A stretch of DNA of 64,000 bases from Macrostomum lignano (Eukaryota): positions 124,001 through 188,000 of the forward strand of contig NIVC01001935.1 in assembly GCA_002269645.1 (NCBI GenBank), in the 5' to 3' direction. Both the position numbers and the translations under genes were made by a program. The notes below the pieces were generated by a model. That model saw nothing but the letters and a program-made list of their open reading frames with translations. It did no database searches and was not told the origin of the DNA. Shown in pieces: positions 57,090-64,000 of the stretch; the stretch's first letter is position 1; every line of letters starts with the position of its first letter.

Positions 57090-60000
57090 ATGGCCGCCTC
57101 GTCCGCCGGTTCTGACAGCCCGCCATCGGTGCCGCAGTTCAACATCACCGGCCGGCTCGGGGCCGGCACCTACGCCACCGTCTACCAGGCCATTAGACAG
57201 GTGTGAAAGCTGAGTCCAGACTGTGGGAAGTCGAAGGCTGCCTGTTTTGCGCAGCAAAATCAGAGTTTGAAAAAGCGATAACCGGGGCAGAGCAGATAAG
57301 CGTCAAATGGGCCAGGGTGTACATGCTTGGCAATTAGAAAGTCAGGGCCGCTGTGCACCCTGTGTGAGCGTGTTTGAGAGTGCGTGACTGCGTACAGTAT
57401 TGGGGGGGGGGGGCTTGTATGTGCTCAGAAGTCAATGGTTTAACTCCCACAATGATCCATGGCAACTCCCACAATGATCCATGGCAACTCACACAATGAT
57501 CCATAGCAACTCCCACAATGAGCCATGGCAACTCCCACAATGAGCCATGGCAACTCCCACAATGATCCATAGCAACTCCCACAATGATCCATAGCAACTC
57601 CCACAATGAGCCATGGCAACTCCCACAATGAGCCATGGCAACTCCCACAATGAGCCATGGCAACTCCCACAATGATCCATAGCAACTCCCACAATGAGCC
57701 ATGGCAACTCCCACAATGATCCATAGCAACTCCCACAATGAGCCATGGCAACTCCCACAATGAGCCATGGCAACTCCCACAATGATCCATGGCAACTCCC
57801 ACAATGAGCCATGGCAACTCCCACAATGAGCCATGGCAACTCCCACAATGATCCATAGCAACTCCCACAATGAGCCATGGCAACTCCCACAATGAGCCAT
57901 GGCAACTCCCACAATGATCCATGGCAACTCCCACAATGATCCATGGCAACTCCCACAATGAGCCATGGCAACTCCCACAATGAGCCATGGCAACTCACAC
58001 AATGATCCATGGCAACTCCCACAATGATCCATGGCAACTCACACAATGATCCATGGCAACTCCCACAATGATCCATGGCAACTCCCACAATGAGCCATGG
58101 CAACTCACACAATGATCCATGGCAACTCCCACAATGATCCATGGCAACTCCCACAATGATCCATGGCAACTCCCACAATGATCCATAGCAACTCCCACAA
58201 TGATCCATAGCAACTCCCACAATGATCCATAGCAACTCCCACAATGATCCATAGCAACTCCCACAATGATCCATAGCAACTCCCACAATGATCCATAGCA
58301 ACTCCCACAATGATCCATGGCAACTCCCACAATGATCCATAGCAACTCCCACAATGATCCATGGCAACTCCCACAATGAGCCATAGCAACTCCCACAATG
58401 AGCCATAGCAACTCCCACAGTGAACCATAGCAACTCCCACAATGATCCATAGCAACTCCCAGGATGAGCCATAGCAACTCCCACAATGAGCCATAGCAAC
58501 TCCCACAGTGAACCATAGCAACTCCCACAGTGAACCATAGCAACTCCCACAGTGAACCATAGCAACTCCCACAGTGAACCATAGCAACTCCCACAATGAA
58601 CCATAGCAACTCCCACAATGAACCATAGCAACTCCCACAGTGAACCATAGCAACTCCCACAATGAGCCATAGCAACTCCCACAGTGAACCATAGCAACTC
58701 CCACAATGAACCATAGCAACTCCCACAGTGAACCATAGCAACTCCCACAATGAGCCATAGCAACTCCCACAATGAGCCATAGCAACTCCCACAGTGAACC
58801 ATAGCAACTCCCACAATGAACCATAGCAACTCCCACAATGAACCATAGCAACTCCCACAGTGAACCATAGCAACTCCCACAATGAGCCATAGCAACTCCC
58901 ACAGTGAACCATAGCAACTCCCACAATGAACCATAGCAACTCCCACAGTGAACCATAGCAACTCCCACAATGAGCCATAGCAACTCCCACAATGAGCCAT
59001 AGCAACTCCCACAGTGAACCATAGCAACTCACAATGGCTCTTACCACTTGCAGGGCGGCTCTCGCGAGGTGGTGGCCATCAAATGCGTGAGCAAGAAGAG
59101 CCTGACCAACACTTCCAAAGAGAATCTGCTCAAAGAGATCGAGCTGTTGAAAACGCTGAACCATCCGCATATTGTCCGGTTGATTGACTTCGTGTGGGAC
59201 GCGAATCACATTCACCTCATCCTGGAGTACTGCTCAGGTGGCGACCTGCTGCGGTTTATCAAGCTGCGCCGCTGCCTGTCCGAGTCTGTGAGTCTGGCGT
59301 GCCTTCTGTTGATGCAGTGGATTCGATCTCAGTAAAGTAGGTCACCTTGGAGCATTCAAGATTGGAGATTTAAATCAGGGCTGGGGTGATAAGAATGGAG
59401 GAGGTAGATTAGGCTTAGATGATGAGAGAATGGGATTAGATGATGAGAGGATGGGATTAGATGATGAGAGGATGGGATTAGATGACGAGAGGATAGGATT
59501 AGATGATGAGAGGATGGGATTAGATGATGAGAGGATGGGATTAGATGATGAGAGGATGGGATTAGGTTATTAGAGGATGGGGTTAGATGATTAGAGGATG
59601 GGATTAGATGATTAGAGGACGGGGTTAGATTATTAGAGGATGGTATTAGATGATGGGAGGATGGGATCAGTTGAATGGAGATAAGATTGGATGAGAGATG
59701 ATGCGATTAGATTGGAGAGGAGATATTGTTATTTACAGGGGATGACGGGTAACTATCTGGGCATCTCCCACGCCCCCCCCCCCTAAGCTGGTTCGCCGGT
59801 TCCTGCAGCAGCTGGCCCTGGCGCTGCGCTACCTGCACAGCCGCAACGTGGTCCACATGGACCTGAAGCCGCAGAACATCCTGCTGACTGGCGGGGACAG
59901 CCCCAAACTGAAGATTGCCGATTTCGGCTTCGCGCATCACCTGAAGTCGGACAGTCACGCTGACCAGGTGCGCGGCAGCCTGCTGTACATGGCCCCGGAG

Positions 60001-63000
60001 ATTGTTGTTGACAGGCGGTATAGCCCGAAGTGCGACCTGTGGTCGGTGAGTTACCAGCTTGTTCTGCTCTGTGTAATAGTAAGGGATTTCCAGCCTTTAC
60101 TGTTGCTAAGGGATTTCTCCATCTGTCTACTGTTGCTAAGGGATTCCTCCATCTCTTTACTGTTGCTAAGGGTTGATTCCTGTTGATTCCTCCATCTCTT
60201 TACTGTTGCTAAGGGATTCCCCAGCTTGCTCTACTGTTGCTAAGGGATTCACCAGCTTTCTCTACTGTTGCTAAGGGATTCCCCAGATTTCTACACTGTT
60301 GCTAAGGGATTCCCCAACTTTCTCTACTGTTGCTAAGGGATTCCCCATCTCTATCGTTGCTAAGGCATTCCCCTATCTCTTTATTGTTTCTAAGGGATTC
60401 CCAGCGTCTTTACTGTTGCTAAGGGATTCCCAGCTTCTTTACTGTTGCTAAGGGATTCCCAGCTTCTTTACTGTTGCTAAGGGATTCCCAGCTTCTTTAC
60501 TGTTGCTAAGGGATTCCCCAGCTGTCTCTACTGTACTGTTTTTCACTGCACTGTACTGGTTTTCACTGTACTGTACTGGTATCTCTACTATGATTTCAAT
60601 CATACGATCAGCTAAAGCATCTCCCTGTTTCTATCCTACTCGTACCCGAAGCTACGGAATTTCTCACTTCTTATCCATCGCTAAGGGATTCCCCCCATCT
60701 CTTTTCTGTTGCTAAGGCATTTCCCAGCTTCCTTCCTACTCGCAGTTAGCAGGTCTCGAACACTCCCGCAACCCAGGTGGGCATCATCCTCTACGAGTGC
60801 CTGTTCGGCCGAGCCCCGTTCGCCTCGGAGACGCACGAGGATCTGCTGCGCAAGATCGCCAGCCCGGACCCGGTGTCCGTGCCCGCGGTCCAGTGCCTCG
60901 CCGGCCGGGAGGTGCCCCTGACGGCCGCCTGTCAGGACCTGCTGACCAGGCTGTTACAGCGCGACCCCCGTCATCGCGCGGACCACGCGGCCTTCTTCGG
61001 GCACTCGTTCATTGACTTGGATCACGCGCCATCGGCCGAGTGCCTGGAGAAGGGCAAGAGTCTGGCGCTGCGGGCGGTCAAGGCGGACTCCGGCGGGGAA
61101 CTCGAGGAGGCATTTCGGCTGTACCGGCTGGCGCTGACTTACCTGGTGCCCGCGCTGCACTGTGAGCTCCAGTTTTGGCGTTGGCTTGGCTAGTCATGCA
61201 CTTGAACTGCTCATAGTCCAGCCGTGCACTGTTTCTCAATTGCCATTTGCTTCCAGACGAGGACAGCGCGCAGAAGAAAGAGCAGCTCCGCGATCGGGTA
61301 GGCAGTGCCTATTGGCTGATAGAGGCACAAGACAGCAGTCTGATTGAGGCCCGATAGTCACCTGAGACAGCCTGATAGTCACCTGAGAGAAGTCTTATAG
61401 AGAAATGGGACAGTCTGATAGACATACGAGACAGTTTGATAGAGAACAAGAGACAGTCTGAAATAGACACGAGACAATCTGGTAGAGACACAAGACAGTC
61501 TGATAGAGACAAGAGACAGTCTGAAATAGACACGAGACAATCTGGTAGAGCCACGAGACAGTCTGATAGTCACCTGAGACAGTCTGATAGAGACACGAGA
61601 CAGTCTGATAGAGACATGAGACAGTCTGATAGAGACAAGAGACAGTCTGATATAGACACGAGACATTCTGATAGTCACCTAAGACAGTCTGAAAGAGACA
61701 CGAGACAGTCTGACAGAGACAAGAGACAGTCTGATAGAGACACGAGACAGTCTGACAGAGACAAGAGACAGTCTGATAGAGACACGAGACAGTCTGATAG
61801 AGACACAAGACAGTCTGATAGAGACACGAGACAGTCTGATAGAGACAAGAGACAGTCTAATAGTCACCTGAGAAGTCTTATAGAGAAATGGGACAGTCTG
61901 ATAGACACACGAGACAATCTGGTAGAGCCACGAGACAGTCTGGTAGAGGCTCGAGACAGTCTGATAGAGACAAGAGACAGTCTGATAAAGACACGAGACA
62001 GTCTGATAGAGACACGAGACAATCTGGTAGAGCCACGAGACAGTCTGGTAGAAACTCGAGACAGTCTGATAATCACCTGAGACAGTCTGATAGAGACACG
62101 AGACAGTCTAATAGAGACAAGAGACAGTCTGATATAGACACGAGACATTCTGATAGAGACAAGAGACAGTCTGATTGTCAACTGAGACAGTCTAATAGAC
62201 ACACGGGGCACTGATAGACACACGGAACAATCTGATAGACACAAGACAGCCCGATAGACACACGAGACAGTCTGGTGGACACATGGGACAGCCTGGCGGA
62301 CACACTTCAGTCCGAACCCTGCACCACCGCCCAGATCTATGAGTACATGAGCCGAGCCGAGTACCTGCAGTCGGAGGTGACGCAGGGCCGGCCGAAACGA
62401 CCCCCCGTTGCCGAGTCGCGCTGGAATCGGTTGCGTGAGTCAGCTGGCTGAGGCCGATTACTCATACTTGCACTTTTACACAGCTTGCGTTTTGAATTGC
62501 ACTTTATTCACTGCATCAATTTTAGTGGAACTGTGCAAGCCCGACCAGGATATCATGGCCAGCCTGAAGGAGATATCAGCCTTCAATCATAAGGTGATTT
62601 TTTCTCAACTTTTCGCTACTTTCAGTAGGCAAATTGAGCATCGTGAGAATATTTTTTCAGAATTTGAATTTTTTGCGTTTGCTAATTCTTGCTTTTCAGT
62701 TATAAAAACCCTTCTGTTTCTTTGTTCCAGCTGAGCTTGGGCGCCCACGAGGAAGCCCTGGCTCTGTTCGAGACTTGTTGCGACAAACTGCTCGAGTTAA
62801 TCAGGAGTGAGAATTATTTTTTAATCATATTTTGTGTGAGAACTAGTCTACGTAGTTCTGTTCGTAACTTTTTTATACCTTGTGCAGAAGAACCCGAAGG
62901 TGAAAGAAGGACCCTGCTGTGCGAAGTGGTAAGAAAATTGAAATCCATTTTTCACATACCAGGTTTTTTATTGTTTCTTTTGTCTCCGATTGTCTCCAAT

Positions 63001-63586
63001 TGTGTCCGATTGTCTTCAATTGTGTCCGATTGTCTCCAATTGTGTCCGATTGTCTTCAATTGTGTCCGATTGTCTCCAATTGTGTCCGATTGTCTCCAAT
63101 TGTGTCCGATTGTCTTCAATTGTGTCCGTTTGTCTCCGATTGTCTCCAATTGTGTCCGATTGTCTCCGATTGTGTCCGATTGTCTTCAATTGTGTCCGAT
63201 TGTCTCCAATTGTGTCCGATTGTCTCTAATTATGTCCGATTGTCTCCAATTGTGTCCGATTGTCTCCAATTGTGTCCGATTGTCTTCAATTGTGTCCGAT
63301 TGTCTCCAATTGTGTCCGATTGTCTGTAATTGTGTCTGTCTCCAATTGTGTCTGATTGTCTCCAATTGTGTCCGATTGTCTCTAATTGTGTCCGATTGTC
63401 TGTAATTGTGTCTGATTGTCTCCGATTGTGTCCGATTGTCTTTAATTGTCTTCGGTTCTCTCCAGGTGGACTTCAACCTGTCAACTGCGGAAAATGTCAG
63501 AAAGTTCATTCGCTCCAAGAATAGCGAGAAACCCAAGGCTGAGCTTCAGAAGGCTTTGGAGACTGACCAAGAGATAAAGTCGGAGG
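57090..63586 (+). CDS. ULK3: Serine/threonine kinase ULK3-like (kinase plus two MIT domains); 3' end lies beyond the last exon found
   Basis: Exons 57090-57200 ([10 protein letters not shown]), 59054-59287 (VAIK), 59788-60045 ([16 protein letters not shown]), 60777-61161, 61257-61297, 62335-62434 (YMSRAEYL), 62526-62593, 62731-62806, 62888-62928 (or 62925), 63466-63586. The last exon ends in phase 1, so the gene continues. Confidence 0.9.
57443..59035. repeat. 22-bp minisatellite (ATGATCCATAGCAACTCCCACA)
   Basis: About 72 units. Confidence 0.97.
59400..59700. repeat. 21-bp minisatellite (GGATGGGATTAGATGATGAGA)
   Basis: Degenerate tandem units. Confidence 0.9.
60075..60530. repeat. ~30-bp degenerate minisatellite (TACTGTTGCTAAGGGATTCCC core)
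   Basis: The core recurs more than 12 times. Confidence 0.9.
61340..62280. repeat. 21-bp minisatellite (GAGACAGTCTGATAGAGACAC)
   Basis: About 44 degenerate units, with an internal duplicated variant at ~61375 and ~61860. Confidence 0.94.
62980..63450. repeat. 20-bp minisatellite (TTGTCTCCAATTGTGTCCGA)
   Basis: About 23 units. Confidence 0.95.
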
Positions 63587-63589
63587 GTG

Positions 63590-63740
63590 AGACTGGGGAT
63601 TGGCTGACCCACTAGGGGATTGGGGCTGACCCACTGGGGAATTGGACTGACCCACTGGGGAATGGGGCTGACCCACTGGGGAATGGGGCTGACCCATTGG
63701 GGAATGGGGCTGACCCACTGGGGAAAGCAGCTGACCCACT
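63590..63740. repeat. 21-bp minisatellite (GGGGCTGACCCACTGGGGAAT)
   Basis: About 7 units just after the donor. Confidence 0.9.
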
Positions 63741-63774
63741 CAGGAATGGGGTGGTTAACGTATAAATAGTTAAC

Positions 63775-64000
63775 CCCCTGAGAGTCAGGAGTAGCTGACA
63801 CCCTCGGAGTCAGGAGTAGCTGACACCCTGAGAGTCAGGAGTAGCTGACACCCTGGGAGTCAGGAGTAGCTGACACCCTTGGAGTCAGGAGTAGCTGACA
63901 CCCTGGGAGTCAGGAGTAGCTGACACCCTGGGAGTCAGGAGTAGTTGACACCCTGGGAGTCAGGAGTAGCTGACACCCTGGGAGTCAGGAGTAGCTGACA
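63775..64000. repeat. 25-bp minisatellite (GAGTCAGGAGTAGCTGACACCCTGG), runs off the window
   Basis: About 9 units. Confidence 0.94.

Noticed and set aside
53023-59215. Long ORFs (up to 786 aa) over the 23-bp and 22-bp arrays
   Set aside because: Periodic translations of minisatellites with no domain content.

Overview
This is animal (eukaryotic) DNA with spliceosomal introns, GC-rich exons and introns packed with minisatellites. That style suggests a flatworm such as Macrostomum, which is an inference and not verified. I reconstructed five spliced genes by hand with consistent intron phases: semaphorin-5-like (minus, 13 exons, one 1-bp frameshift), TFCP2/LSF-like transcription factor (minus, 7 exons, one GC-AG intron), and on the plus strand TBCE, dCMP deaminase and ULK3 (runs off the window), possibly an operon. 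An AT-rich block at 27.4-36.2 kb holds nested DNA-transposon debris. TBCE intron 1 holds a decayed Ty3/Gypsy element. The most unusual signals: (1) the Gypsy 3' region carries two accessory ORFs, a DnaJ J-domain protein and a stand-alone HP1-like chromodomain protein; (2) two different TIR-bounded elements each carry the same 65-nt 28S rRNA segment spanning the R2/I-PpoI target, with conserved flanks and a scrambled 14-nt core, next to a polyY-AG|GTAAGT site; (3) several intronic arrays are amplified copies of the neighbouring splice site; (4) the dCMP deaminase first exon has no start codon of its own and may take it from a spliced-leader AUG. Most long ORFs in the supplied track are artefacts of tandem repeats. 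No CRISPR array, tRNA gene or intact rRNA gene is present.
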